A DNA stretch of 64,000 nucleotides from Guillardia theta CCMP2712 (taxonomy: Eukaryota > Protista > Cryptophyta): positions 1 to 64,000 of the forward strand of contig NW_005434637.1 of the NCBI RefSeq assembly GCF_000315625.1, read 5' to 3'. This document shows positions 7,523-20,318 of the stretch, piece by piece. How positions within the stretch are numbered: position 1 is the stretch's first letter; the number at the start of each line of letters is the position of its first letter. The notes under the pieces were generated by a model that worked only from the letters and a program-made list of their open reading frames with translations, did not search any database and had not been told where the DNA came from. The position numbers and the translations under genes are program-made.

Positions 7523-9185
7523 ATGCGAGCAGTGCGTATTCTGCTGCAGTTCGGGATCACAAGCAGCACACTGACGTTGACAAGCTCTCACATAATCAAA
7601 GGGACGCCTTCTCTCCCTCCTCGCCTAGGCTCATTTGGTATCGCTCGTGCCACGAAGGAAAGCTCGCAATTCTGTAGCTTCATTCATAATTTGGGGTTTT
7701 CAACGAAGTCTCTTAGCTTTCAAGTTTGTAGGGTATCTGCATCCAGGTATAGGAAAGATCTCCTTATACACCGAAACTTGAAGGGCAACAAAACAGTAAG
7801 ACTGATGTCGAGCATACAAACTGGAATGACAGCACAAGAGAAATACTTGTTCGATTTGCAAGGGTTTCTTGTTGTCAGGGGAGTTCTTTCCAAAGACGAA
7901 GTTCGAGAAGCCAATGAGGCCATCGACGCTCATGCTGATCAGTTTCAGTCTCGCACGGATGATCATCTGCGCAATGCTAAGATGGGCAGTCCTCTAGCTG
8001 GAGATGGTGCAACACCTCGTTTGGACATGGGAGGAATGCTGGGTTGGCCAGCTCCTTATTCAAATGTTTACAGAAAACTTCTTGCTCACCCTAGATTGGT
8101 AAGCGAGAAGGATCATGCGCTACAATGCCTCATCTGTTGTGCAGGTGCCCTACCTCAATCAACTATGTGGAGAAGGGTATCGACTTGACCACATGCCACT
8201 TGTGATTGCATCCGAAAAGGGAGCGGAAGGATTCAGTCTGCATGGGGGCACCATCAATGCCGATGGAAATTATGTGAAAGTTGTGTTGTTCTTACAACGA
8301 TTTTCTAAAAGTTTTGCAGGTTCCATACCTTGCTTATCATTTCTCACATGGCAAAATGTACAACAACCTCCTGGCCTGCAGGTGTTGCTCATGTAGGCCA
8401 GCAGAACTTGACCGCTGGATTAAACAGTGTCCAGCTTGTAGATCATCCGGCAGGTTCAGGCGGGTTTATTGTGATCCCTGGAAGCCATAAGGTATTGCTT
8501 CTTCCTGGTAAATTCCTGTGAATCTGAACTAATGCATGGATAGGCAAATTTTCCCACTCCAATGGCAGTCATCAATGGAGAAGACGGAATGGGAAGGTGG
8601 GTGTATCTTAAGCAAGCTGATGAGGTATTGATTTAGTGACTATCCGATGCAGTATAGTGTTTCAACCAGAAACAAAAGCTGGAGATATCATTTTCTTTAG
8701 GTAACCTTGTGACTTTGATTCGATACTCCCATTCAACAAAACAACCAGTGAGGGAACAGTGCATGGAGCTGCTCCATGGAATATGCCATACCAGGTGAAG
8801 TTGGAAGAATCGTTTGCCAGGCCTAAGCAATTTAACAGAGACGGATTGCGCTCTACCGTTTTGCACCTCCAACGGTTGCATATGGCCGAGCTTACTTCCC
8901 TCGATGGCCAGAGAGTTATTATGAGGGGTACACACTGTGTAATTCGTGAACTTTGATTTGACTTCTCTTTCAAAGTCTGTCTGAGGATCAACTGGCTGTG
9001 CTGGAGCCCGCTTATAATACGCGACTTGACAGACCCTTGGTTGCAGCACTTGGTCAATAAGCAGACTGACCTACTTTGTGCAGGTGCGACCAACAAGCGA
9101 TCAACAAGTGGCAGTTGAGCATGAATGGAGGTCTCAAGAGAAAAAGAACTTTGACAAAAGAGTCTTCGGCACCGAATACTTCTGA
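7523..9185 (+). CDS. Phytanoyl-CoA dioxygenase (PhyH) family 2OG-Fe(II) oxygenase, spliced
   Basis: EKYLFDLQGFLVVRGVLS, GFSLHGG, GGFIVIPGSHK, GDIIFF..GTVHGAAPW; ends RVFGTEYF*. The N-terminal extension may be a targeting peptide. Confidence 0.8.
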
Positions 9186-9432
9186 GCTACAGATAAAATC
9201 AAGAGTTTGGGGATAGCTAGGAACGAATAGGATTACGGTTTTTATCCACGTTTCTTGAAAAGAAAAAATCCCAGCCCCACACCTGCAGATAACCCGAGAA
9301 CTATTGATACCTTCAAAGGAGCAACAATGTGAGAACTGCAAAATCCATGTTCAATTCAATACCATTTTTTCTTGTTTGAATTTTGCACTCTGATCAAGAA
9401 GCATGTTTTCTAAGAGCGCTACCTGTAGAAAA

Positions 9433-10391
9433 TCAAATAATCAGATGTCTTCTAGGCCAAGATGTGACCTTATTGTTGGCTGTCACAGTTTCTCCCCATG
9501 CTTGCTGATCATACAGTGTAAACGAACCGCTTGAAGCAACTTCTTTGCTTACAGTAAGTTGCTCTGCTAGCCGATCTCTTTGTCTGAAATTTTTCAGAGT
9601 AAAGCAAAAAACAAAGCATTCCGCTATGATACCTACTAAGATTTTCGAACTCCTTGTTGAGATTGATAAGCTCCCTATACAAACTATAAGATCTTGCAAC
9701 AGCCAACGATAAATCCGACCGAGCCCGAGGACTCAAATTTGAGTCGTTTTCCGGCAAATGCAAATTTCTTCTCTTATCATTCGTATCGTCAGTGAGCCTA
9801 ATTACACCAAAGATCAAAACTTTCATGCTGAAATTTCATGTCACATACAAGGAATTTAGCTGATTTTCAATTTCTTTGAAGTTTTTTACATCTTCTTCAG
9901 TCGCAAATGCCAACTGAAATACCCCCTGCAATATTCATCGAAGTTGATGTCTTGGTGAGAAGTCTAATAACTCCTCAATACCTTTTCGCCAGTCTGAAAA
10001 AGGGAGGGTCCTTGACCTGATAATTTCAAAGAATCAAAGCAAGGTATACACGCTCAGAAATTACCAGGAAATTCCACCCACCAGCCAGCATACTCGTCTT
10101 TACTGGACAATCTTCCAACCTTCATTCCAAATTCAGGCCACGTTTTTCGATCTACGAAGTGACAAAGCGAGTCCAAAGACCTTTCCAACATGTTTTTTGC
10201 AGGCCCAATGATTTTGATACTCGATTGAAATCTTGACAAACTATGAAGGAAAATAGTGATTCAGCGTGAAATACAAAACTTGTTAACCTGTCCTTCGCAG
10301 CAGCAATTCGTTTCAACCAGGTCTTGCTTCTCGTTGCAATTTGAAGTTTCCAGCATCCCTCAGGTAAAGAATAATAATTTCTGTCAAGCAA
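9433..10391 (-). CDS. Hypothetical spliced gene (boundaries uncertain)
   Basis: Chain of short minus-strand ORFs with splice-like sites; no recognisable motif. Confidence 0.3.
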
Positions 10392-10884
10392 AGAGCTGTT
10401 ATAATTAACTTTCTTGTGGTACTCTCGGATGTCTATGGCGCCCTCTCATCAGCACCACGACACTTATCACCCCCCTTGTTTTCGGCTCCAATCATTCATC
10501 TTCCACTGGGCTTCAAGCCTCCTGGATCTCCCTCCCTCCTTCACTCCCCTACCTCCCCTACCATATCTTCCCTTCCCTTCCTCTCTCCCTTCTTTGGTGT
10601 ATCTTCGTTCTCTCCCTTCTGTCTCGCTATCTCTCGTGTATCGCTCTTGCTTATCACCCTCGCTTGTCGTTTTTGCTCACACACTTATTCGTTCTCTCTA
10701 AGCATATATTCCCTTTCACTTATTTCTCTTGTCGTTTACTCGTACACCTGTCTCTTGCTCGCTTCTATCTTTTTCGCATGTAGCCTATCTCCCCCTTCTC
10801 GGCCTCTTCTCAGTGCCTTCTCTCTGATTCATCTCTCGCTTGTTCCCTCATTGACTCTTTGCTGTCTAGATCCTCTACATCTCT

Positions 10885-11040
10885 CTCTTCTGCTCCTGCT
10901 CCTGCTCTTGCTCTTGCTCCTGCTCCTGCTCCTCCTTGTTCTTCTTCTTCTTCTGCTGCTGCTGCTCCTGCTCCTCCTTGTTCTTCTTCTGCTCCTGCTC
11001 CTGATCCTGATCCTCCTCCTCCTCCTCCTGCTCCTCCTTT
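10885..11040. repeat. (CTCCTG)/(CTT)/(CCT) low-complexity microsatellite within a pyrimidine-rich tract
   Basis: Read directly from the sequence. Confidence 0.85.
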
Positions 11041-11228
11041 GTTCTCTCGTAATACCACCTTTCTTTCCTCTCTCCTCCCCTTCCCTCTCTCATGAGTCTC
11101 ACCTAAAACAAAAAAGAAAAAAAGCAACATTGTAAAACGAGAGCATGAAAATGGTGGGAGCGCGCATGGACAATCAGACGAGGTGAGAGATTGTGGGCCA
11201 TGCAGCCTGTTGCTCGATAACAAATGCC

Positions 11229-12251
11229 ATGTCTGAATCCTTGAGCCTCCCACCAACGGCTCCCCCTCCTTCACTGCCGCCATCGCCGCCGCCGCTGCCA
11301 CCACCACCACCACAGCGAATACCAACCTCACTCTCCGCTGCAGCATCGCAGGCAACAAGAACGGCAACATTTTGTGAAAGAAGTTTCGCTACTACCCATC
11401 AGTCTGAGATACACGACGTTGAGCTCAGTAGGATCAAAATTTGCTGGCTGGATACCCTCCCTTCATGCTTCTTGCACGAAGCTGCCCAACTGCTAAACTC
11501 CTATTGGCCTCGCTCGCATGATGCAAGACTTCGCAGTCTCGAAAGAAAGTGTCAACTTCCATTGCCGAGAAGTCTTTGCATATGTGAAGATCTGGATGAA
11601 ACGAGTGTCCAAGATGAGCTCTCGTCTGTTAGGCTCCTTGGCCATGCGAGATTGAAGCAGTGTGCCTTTCATTCAAAGGCGGTCAACTTCAACTAACAAT
11701 ATTTTTATCAGGTGTGAAGACGAGGACGTGATCGTTGAATCTGTCATCATCAAGAATAACCAGCGGGGGCTTGGACTTGGAAGGCTGTTGATGGATGCCG
11801 TGGAGTCGGTAAAGTTTTGAATTGTCATGTATACGCCTTCATCTTGCATGCCGTAGGAAGTGCGGAAAATGAGAAAGAAGAGAATATATCTGAGCACTTC
11901 AGACAAGAAGGTTGACACCATGGCTTGCATTTCTTATTTAATCATACCAATCATCCAGCCTTTCTATCTTAAATTAGGATATGTCATCTCTTCACTTCCG
12001 CCGAAAGCAATGTCAGGGAGTGTTCGCCTGCTGCGAGAAGGTCTCTGCAACTCTGCTTATTGCTTGCTTCATGACGATGTGTGCCCAAAGGTGACGCCAA
12101 GCATCTCCTCTCTCGCCTTGTCCGCGGCGATGTAGATTTGCTTGTTCCTAAGACTCTTTTCATGATTGATTGTGTTTATCAGAGCCAGGGGGAGACTTTG
12201 AGCTGGCTTGTCAAGGAACTAGAGAAAGTAGAAGGAGAGCAGGTATACTGA
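11229..12251 (+). CDS. NAA80: GNAT acetyltransferase, NAA80/NAT6-like, spliced
   Basis: AAQLLNSYWPRSHDARLRSL, LLGHARL, VIVESVII..QRGLGLGRLLM, IYLSTSDK, FYLKLGY match the NAA80 family pattern. Confidence 0.75.
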
Positions 12252-12299
12252 AGGATCGAATATGATTTAAATTCATTTCTCAAAGAGTTGAAGGAGTGA

Positions 12300-13030
12300 C
12301 CAGAGAAGTAATCCCTTACCTGGTAGTCAAACAATAACATCACTCGAAGCTTTGAAGTGGAAGAGTCTGAAAAATTGAATGTTACTATTGACAGAAATCA
12401 GAGAGTCAAAGCGTGATCTTTGCTACCACGCTCTTGATGCCTGTTGGCGATCGTATTTTGAAAGCTTGGAGCATCAGCACTTTGGGTGTTGTTACTAACT
12501 GTTCCTGTTATGTAAATAGCAGATCAAAACTTCTGCGGAGAGAAACAACTTCACTTTGACCACTTTCATGCGCAAGGTCTCGCCACACATCTATGCGGGC
12601 TTTACTTCGTTTGGCGAGGGAAAAACCATTCTTACCTCGCATTTCTCAGCTTCTTTGTCTATCATTGATTTACAAGCATAGCATGGCTTGTACAGGACAT
12701 CATGATTCCCAGATCTGCATAGAGGTGGCCTCAACTCAAACAAGGTCAGTGAAATCAACCTTGCATCTCTGTACAAGGAATTAGCCCGTTCCGTTTCTGT
12801 CATCTCGTTGAACGACATTCTAATCTCCTTCGATCCACAAATCTATGTGTGATTGCATCAAAATTCCAGGTGACAGTTATGAATTGCTGACCTCGCAGAC
12901 TTTCGCATGCAGGCCAAGTTTGGAATCACATTGGAGGCACGCAGCATGATCTTCGGAACAGGAAGACGGTTTGCGATGAACGAATTCACAGGCTTCAATG
13001 TCTTCAAAAGTCTTCATACCTGCTTCCCCT
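12300..13030 (-). CDS. Hypothetical Cys-containing protein, spliced (boundaries uncertain)
   Basis: Consecutive minus-strand ORF segments separated by GT-AG-like gaps; no family recognised. Confidence 0.3.
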
Positions 13031-13068
13031 TCACTCACAATCAAGTTTTTGGACCTTGCTTCCCTCTT

Positions 13069-13149
13069 CGCTCCCCTCCCCGCTCCCCTCCCCGCTCCCC
13101 TCCCCGCTCCCCTCCCCGCTCCCCTCCCCGCTCCCCTCCCCGCTCCCCT
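13069..13149. repeat. 12-bp repeat (CGCTCCCCTCCC)~6.5
   Basis: Read directly from the sequence. Confidence 0.9.
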
Positions 13150-13264
13150 TCTCAAGCGAGAGTTGACAAGGAACGGACTTTTCGCCCGACTCCGATTGAT
13201 TTTTTTTGAAAAAAAAAAAAAGATTTGATTGACCTCGCGGCCTTTCCACACTCTCGACCTGCAG

Positions 13265-14111
13265 GAAGCTACAAGAGCCAGCTAGCTCTGACGCTTTCAA
13301 GGGCGAAGCTACAAGAGCCAGCTAGCTCTGACGCTTTCAAGGGCGAAGCTACAAGAGCCAGCTAGCTCTGACGCTTTCAAGGGCGAAGCTACAAGAGCCA
13401 GCTAGCCCTGACGCTTTCAAGGGCGAAGCTACAAGAGCCAGCTAGCTCTGACGCTTTCAAGGGCGAAGCTACAAGAGCCAGCTAGCTCTGACGCTTTCAA
13501 GGGCGAAGCTACAAGAGCCAGCTAGCTCTGACGCTTTCAAGGGCGAAGCTACAAGAGCCAGCTAGCTCTGACGCTTTCAAGGGCGAAGCTACAAGAGCCA
13601 GCTAGCTCTGACGCTTTCAAGGGCGAAGCTACAAGAGCCAGCTAGCTCTGAAGCTTTCAAGGGCGAAGCTACAAGAGCCAGCTAGCTCTGACGCTTTCAA
13701 GGGCGAAGCTACAAGAGCCAGCTAGCTCTGACGCTTTCAAGGGCGAAGCTACAAGAGCCAGCTAGCTCTGAAGCTTTCAAGGGCGAAGCTACAAGAGCCA
13801 GCTAGCTCTGACGCTTTCAAGGGCGAAGCTACAAGAGCCAGCTAGCTCTGAAGCTTTCAAGGGCGAAGCTACAAGAGCCAGCTAGCTCTGACGCTTTCAA
13901 GGGCGAAGCTACAAGAGCCAGCTAGCCCTGACGCTTTCAAGGGCGAAGCTACAAGAGCCAGCTAGCTCTGACGCTTTCAAGGGCGAAGCTACAAGAGCCA
14001 GCTAGCTCTGACGCTTTCAAGGGCGAAGCTACAAGAGCCAGCTAGCTCTGACGCTTTCAAGGGCGAAGCTACAAGAGCCAGCTAGCTCTGAAGCTTTCAA
14101 GGGCGAAGCTA
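13265..14111. repeat. 40-bp minisatellite x21
   Basis: GGGCGAAGCTACAAGAGCCAGCTAGCTCTGACGCTTTCAA with two recurring single-base variants and no spacers. Confidence 0.97.
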
Positions 14112-14423
14112 GCCTTCATACGTGAAACTGTCATACCGATAGCACTGCGGAGCAGAGAATAACTCTTTGCGAGATTTTCCCACAGATTACCATTGTGGCT
14201 CATCAACCTCACCGATGGACGTTTCCACGACCATTTCATTTCTTGTTCAGGCTTATCGTTATCATGACACAGAAGCTGCCTTTCATGAATAGACAGGGGC
14301 TGAGATCAGGTGAAATGATAGGCAGTTGTAAACATCTCACCAAGATGGTTTTTGTCTGAATAGATTTCCTTTGTTTTGATTCTGTTTGTTGTAATTTTTC
14401 TAAGGAAGTCCAAGAACCCTAAC

Positions 14424-17088
14424 TCATGAATCTTTGTTAGCATTCTTGTAACATGAAGTATGAATGTAGACTAAAAGATAGCCCCCGGTCCTCCAATCGC
14501 TTCGCTGTGCACGCAGTGCATCGCCCAAAGATGACACCATAGCATCATCGTATCTGTTCCACTGCTTATGTTCGTGGTCAAATATGTCGCTGACGTAATG
14601 TCCAGACGACGCAGATTGTCCACAGTGCGACACGATGGCATGTAGCCGAAATTCGGAATCAATCAAGTTGCAACGAGACTCAAAGTCCACATCCTCGCTT
14701 TCTGAGTCTGCGCCCTCGTCAACATTGTCTTCTACAGAGGAATCATCTGAAGTAAGATCAACGTCAGCAGATTTTTCGTTTCCTTGCTCGCTCAGTTCTA
14801 AGGCTGCTCGAAGGTCGTCTTCTTCGGTGCCAAGCGAGAACTAGTCAAACCAAGTCATGTAAGAAACTCCATCAGATATCAAATCACCTTTGTTCTATCA
14901 AAATTGTTATGCGAAGGTATATCTTTCTTAGCAATGTACTCGGCCATTGAAGCCTGTATCGCCATCGACAGCGCTTCTTCTTCTGCCATTTGCCCCTCTT
15001 CCTTCCTCTCTGTATTTGATGTTTTTCTTGGTTTTTGTGACTGTTCAGCCATGCTTTCTTCCCTCATTCGCTTTCCAGTGAGAGAAGCTTTTCCTTGCGT
15101 ATTTGCATCACTTGCCAATCCTTCCCTATCGACTTCTTCGAAGTCAAGTTTTCGTTGAATTCCTGCATGAGCCAATTAATGTGATATTCGGAAAGATATT
15201 GAATATACCTGGTGAACAATGGTCTTGCACATTGTCAAGACAAAGAACGTCGGTGTCATTCAATTTACAAGAGTTGTTTCCACGTTTGCTCTCATGCATT
15301 TTCGTCGGAAGGGATGATAGCACATTGTGTTGTTTTGAAGAGGACATGGTATGATCGCAATGGCCTAAAGTAGAAGTGCTGTGTCCCATCCTTGCTCCAG
15401 GTGTGGCAAGGGTAGAGCATGACAGCTTTGTTTGTTGCAAATATGTCGTATCAGCTGAGAGTATCTGAACAGAAACGTAAATACAATCGAATCATTGAAG
15501 ACAGAAACAGTATCACCTTTGCTTCCGACGGACAATCTTTTGGTTTTTGCGTTCCATTGATGCAGAATTCTTTAACATTCAGAATTTTCGGAACTTCGAC
15601 TGGAACGCTTGATTTTTCATACTTTCCCTCGGACCAGTCAACCTTAAAACGCTTGAGGTGCACTACCAATATTCTTGGTAGTTTTAAGAACTGCAGGACG
15701 TGTCAGTTGAAGTTATAATGCCTCAAAAAGTAAATCACCTTGTGAGAAGCAAGGGTTTCAGTGTGATTGCATTTCTCACACCTGTATTCCAATACGTTGT
15801 CAGAGAAATAATCTGAAACCAAATCCTGCAATCGAAGTTTGTTTTCTTGATCCTGCAAAGTATTAGCAATTTTTTTATATTGCAAGAATGAAACATGAGA
15901 AACGGTAAGATTTACCAAGTCAATATCTGGAATTGGAAGGGAGATTTCTCGGAAACATTCCTTTTTGTTGCGATTGTACTTGCAAGCAGTGTTGCGGCAC
16001 TGCAATCTGTGAATGACCTGACAGACAAACTTATTTGTGCAAAGTGCAAGTTTCTAAAACTTACTTCGAAGCCCATATTGTCATCAACAGTATTACATAC
16101 AGGAAAACTCCGTGTCAACTTTTTTGACTTCAAACTTTTCTCAAGCTTTGATAGATAAGTCAGTCCACACGAACACGGTTAGTTTTCGTCAATCAACCCT
16201 TTTCAGCTCCATCGAAATGGCATCGAGACAATTTGTATAGAATTCATGCGCATCTTGTTGTTCTTGACCAGCGAATTGCTTAGATCTGACACAAACACTC
16301 ACAAAAGAATCAGTCACCCTGAAGGCAACCTCTTTCCGACAGCTTCTTTCAAAGGTCTCAAATCAAGAACACCATGGTTTTTACTCTGTGTCTGAGAGGT
16401 TCATATTGTGAGCAGACTTTAGACTTTGTGAACTTTGTGCATATATCATGCCTGTTTTGATATCCCTCGCAGAGCGTTGAAAATGTGTAGCCTTAAGCCG
16501 ACATGAATATAATCCTCGGTTTTCAATCCTGTCTTCAGTATAGTAGAAATACTGAATAATTAGAAAAATTAACGCCCAATCATTGATTTCCAATTAAATG
16601 TGGCTACCTTTCAATGTCATGCACAAAAGTCTTGAGATTCACAAGTACACTTGTGATGGCTGCCATGTAGCAGGAGTTTCCGATGTTCCGGAAGCCCGAG
16701 AGCTGTAAGGGTTTCCCATAAAAGTTTGTCATTTTAGTTTGTTCTTTATTTGGAGTGCTGATAACTCCTGTAGTCTGGTATGACGGAATCAATTTCACAC
16801 ATTGACTTCTATGCAAACCTTGATCTTAGGAGAGCTTCCTAATTTGGATGCTGTTGAAACATAAATATCCTTGAGGTTATCGATGTGTTCAATTTTCTTT
16901 GTAAGGCTTGTCTTCACTAAAGCACCAGCCCTTTTGCTTCCCATCCTTTCAATTCTTGAAATTTCATCCTGAAGTTGAGTTGAAATTGATATACGACACC
17001 AAACACAAAGTAGAATGCAATCAGCTAAAAAGAAATTCATACCTTCGACATTTGTTTCTTTTCTCCACTTGATAATGGCCCTGAACAT
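14424..17088 (-). CDS. Ubiquitin-specific protease (peptidase C19) with UIM insert, USP37-like, spliced
   Basis: Cys box GFRNIGNSCYM, QQDAHEF, VHLKRF, UIM EEEALSMAIQASMAE, His box HCGQSASSGHYVSD..WNRYDD. The 5' end is uncertain. Confidence 0.85.
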
Positions 17089-18206
17089 TGTTGTACGACA
17101 ACGGAAGGAACTGTACCATCACATCGGATAAATAGATTCGGAAATCCCATTAAATCCTGCGCTGACTCTGCTACCTTTATCAAGTTGTCAAATTGAGACC
17201 TTTTAGTTTTGTTGGTGACTCGCAAATATAGAGGACACTCCACCACTCCATTCAATCCATGGACCGAGAAGACTATCTTAAAACTGGTATGATCACTGTC
17301 TACACGAGAGACGGTCCGAAGTCTCTGGTGTCTCACTGTTGTTGTTCCATTGACAACACATCGCACGAAAAACATTGGCGCATTCCTTCCAGTGTGATAA
17401 GCAACCCACAGACAGTCTCCCTGTATTCACAGTTCACTCGTAGTAAATGGGCACAAATAGACTACCTTTGATGTTTCCATCTGTGCTCCAGTATACAGCA
17501 AGTCTCCAAATACCCAAAAGTCGGTTGAAAGATGTTGGAACTCATGCTCACAACCCATGGTCCCAAGTGTCTCGGCAAGGCCAGGAAAAAGCTTCGTTTG
17601 CTGCTGAGGATAGAGATTTCGCCTGCATACAGCACCAAATAGTCAGTTGTTGCTTTTGCAATGAGGCCATGGGTACAATTGATGAATGAACTTCAACAAA
17701 CTCAGGTATTCAAATGGAATTCGGAAGGCTATGGCTCTTGAAATAAAAAGCAGTTCTCTACTGCCACCGCCAATCCATGCTTGCCTCTCTTATATTTAGG
17801 TATTCGTGCTTGTCGATTCATGCTCACTCGCTCCCACGCACTTTTCCTCCTGCCGCCTTTCTCCATCATACGCTTGCATGAAACAACACAGCACCATACG
17901 CGCGGGAACAAGCCCTTCCACACAACCATTCCCTACCCTACCTACAGCAGGAAATATTGAGGGTAGTGGTACTAAAGGTTCGGAAGGCTCATCCGGCCGT
18001 GAACGTGAACTTCGGAACTTGCCACCCGGGCCGGGCCGTCTGAGTCTTTCCTAAGTTACCGTACTCAAACGGTTATGTTGAACTTAAACTTGAACAGTGA
18101 CTGCCACGGATCACTGCCACGGAACGAGCCTCCGTGGGACTCCGGCGAGGACGATGATCAGCAGAGCCTGAACCCGGCACGGCTGCCCGGCAGGAGGGCA
18201 GTGGCC

Positions 18207-18281
18207 GCCGGCGTTGAAAAGCGAAGGCCCTGATTGGGGGATGCCGGCGTTGAAAAGCGAAGGCCCTGATTGGGGGATGCC
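18207..18281. repeat. 36-bp direct tandem duplication
   Basis: GCCGGCGTTGAAAAGCGAAGGCCCTGATTGGGGGAT x2. Confidence 0.9.
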
Positions 18282-18946
18282 TGACTCAGTGAGTCAATGA
18301 GCTGACGACCGTACCTACCGTACTGTAGTTCTCGACTCTCATTTATCCTCAGAGACACCGTGACGGTCGGGACGGCGCGGGGATGATTGCCGCCGTCCGT
18401 AAAATAAGCCGGGGCGGCCATGCTACCCGTAGGCACAGCAGGCTTGCGGCGAGGCCGAGCCTGGGCCTCGCGGCGCGGCCTGACCGTGTGGGTGACCGTG
18501 ACCATCATGGCATCCGAGGCCGGCGCGGCCGCACCCGCGGCTGGTGACAGTGTCGACATTATCGCTGTGTAATTTATATCGGAAGTTGTGCAGGGCTGAT
18601 AATGAGAGTCACGGTGACGGTGAGTGCTAGCGAGCTTTCAAAGTTTGAATCGACCCTTGAAGGCTAAGTGACTGCAAGAAAGGACCGTTCAGTAACAAAC
18701 TTCGTCAGCCAGGTCACGACATTATTGCCATAGAACAGTCCGATCTTCATCGATTTATCGCTCCTTCACTGGATTGTGCCATGATAGAAAATAGAGAACG
18801 GTGACGGACGAGGCGACAAAGGCTCTGCTCAGGAATGAGGCAAGACCTCAGGCATCAACTTGCGCTCCTTCACGAGGCAGGACACGCGGGACACGGAATT
18901 TCCCATGTTGTTTACAGCTTCTGTTTGTTCCTTGAGTTGAGCCTCG

Positions 18947-19663
18947 TGAGAAGCTAGATTTCTGAGAGGCTAGGCTTCTGCGAGGCTAGGCTTCTGAGAG
19001 GCTAGGCTTCTGCGAGGCTAGGCTTCTGAGAGGATAGGCTTCTGAGAGGCTAGGCTTCTGAGAGGATAGGCTTCTGAGAGGATAGGCTTCTGAGAGGCTA
19101 GGCTTCTGAGAGGATAGGCTTCTGAGAGGATAGGCTTCTGAGAGGCTAGGCTTCTGAGAGGCTAGGCTTCTGAGAGGCTAGGCTTCTGAGAGGCTAGGCT
19201 TCTGAGAGGCTAGGCTTCTGAGAGGCTAGGCTTCTGAGAGGCTAGGCTTCTGAGAGGCTAGGCTTCTGAGAGGCTAGGCTTCTGAGAGGCTAGGCTTCTG
19301 AAAGGCTGGGCTTCTGAGAGGCTAGGCTTCTGAGAGGCTAGGCTTCTGAGAGGCTAGGCTTCTGCGAGGCTAGGCTTCTGCGAGGCTAGGCTTCTGAGAG
19401 GATAGGCTTCTGAGAGGCTAGGCTTCTGAGAGGATAGGCTTCTGAGAGGCTAGGCTTCTGAGAGGCTAGGCTTCTGAGAGGATAGGCTTCTGAGAGGCTA
19501 GATTTCTGAGAGGCTAGGCTTCTGCGAGGCTAGGCTTCTGAGAGGCTAGGCTTCTGAGAGGCTAGGCTTCTGAGAGGCTAGGCTTCTGCGAGGCTAGGCT
19601 TCTGAGAGGCTAGGCTTCTGAGAGGCTAGGCTTCTGAGAGGCTAGGCTTCTGAGAGGCTAGGC
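18947..19663. repeat. 16-bp minisatellite, ~45 copies
   Basis: GAGGCTAGGCTTCTGA with GGAT and CTGC variants. Confidence 0.97.
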
Positions 19664-20246
19664 GTTCGGAGACAATCTTGTCGATCTGGGCCTCCGACGG
19701 CCAAATCTTCCGCCGTTTCCCAGATTGAGAAACACCTGCTGATGTAGACTAGCGGTCCCGGTTGCACCTCAGTTTCAATGAGGACCAGGAGATGATCGAA
19801 CTGTGAGCGAGAAACATGTATGCACTGCACCTATTTCTCTGCATGTTCGGCAGTTCTCGACATTTTCATTCGTTTTCCTCATTAGGAGAGCACTTGATAA
19901 AAGCACGAGAGCAGAAAAGAAGGCACGTAGTTGGGGTGGGGTGGTGGTGGAGGGCGGGGGAGCGAGAGTGAGGACGCAAGAAGGGCAAGAATTACTGGCT
20001 GTGGAAGTACAGGTTTGGTTTTTGTGAGATGATTCTCCACACCCCTTCGGCCCCGCAACATGCACGACGCTGTAAGAGGAGGAAGACGACAAGGAGAGAG
20101 GAAAGGGAGGAGCGGGACCAGGAAAGGTCATGAACATGAACATGAACATGCAGCAGCGTCATGACGCAAGTGAATTGACCATGGCTATATAGCAAACTAA
20201 CATGGCAGATCTGCCAAGGCGAGCGCAACAACGTGCGCTTCTGACT

Positions 20247-20318
20247 GCCGTGTTAGTATAGTGGTCAGTATCCCCGCCTGTCACGCGGGAGACCTGGGTT
20301 CAATTCCCAGACGCGGCG
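20247..20318 (+). tRNA. tRNA-Asp(GTC)
   Basis: 72 nt. Acceptor stem GCCGTGT/ACGCGGC, A-box TAGTATAGTGG, anticodon arm CCCGC-CTGTCAC-GCGGG, T arm CTGGG-TTCAATT-CCCAG, T-run at ~20355. Confidence 0.95.

Noticed and set aside
10414-11370. Poly-Leu, Gly/Ala and Glu/Gln ORFs
   Set aside because: Products of microsatellite and pyrimidine-rich DNA, and antisense to the NAA80-like 5' end.
13265-14111. CRISPR-like array
   Set aside because: Repeats are contiguous with no unique spacers, there are no cas genes, and the context is eukaryotic.
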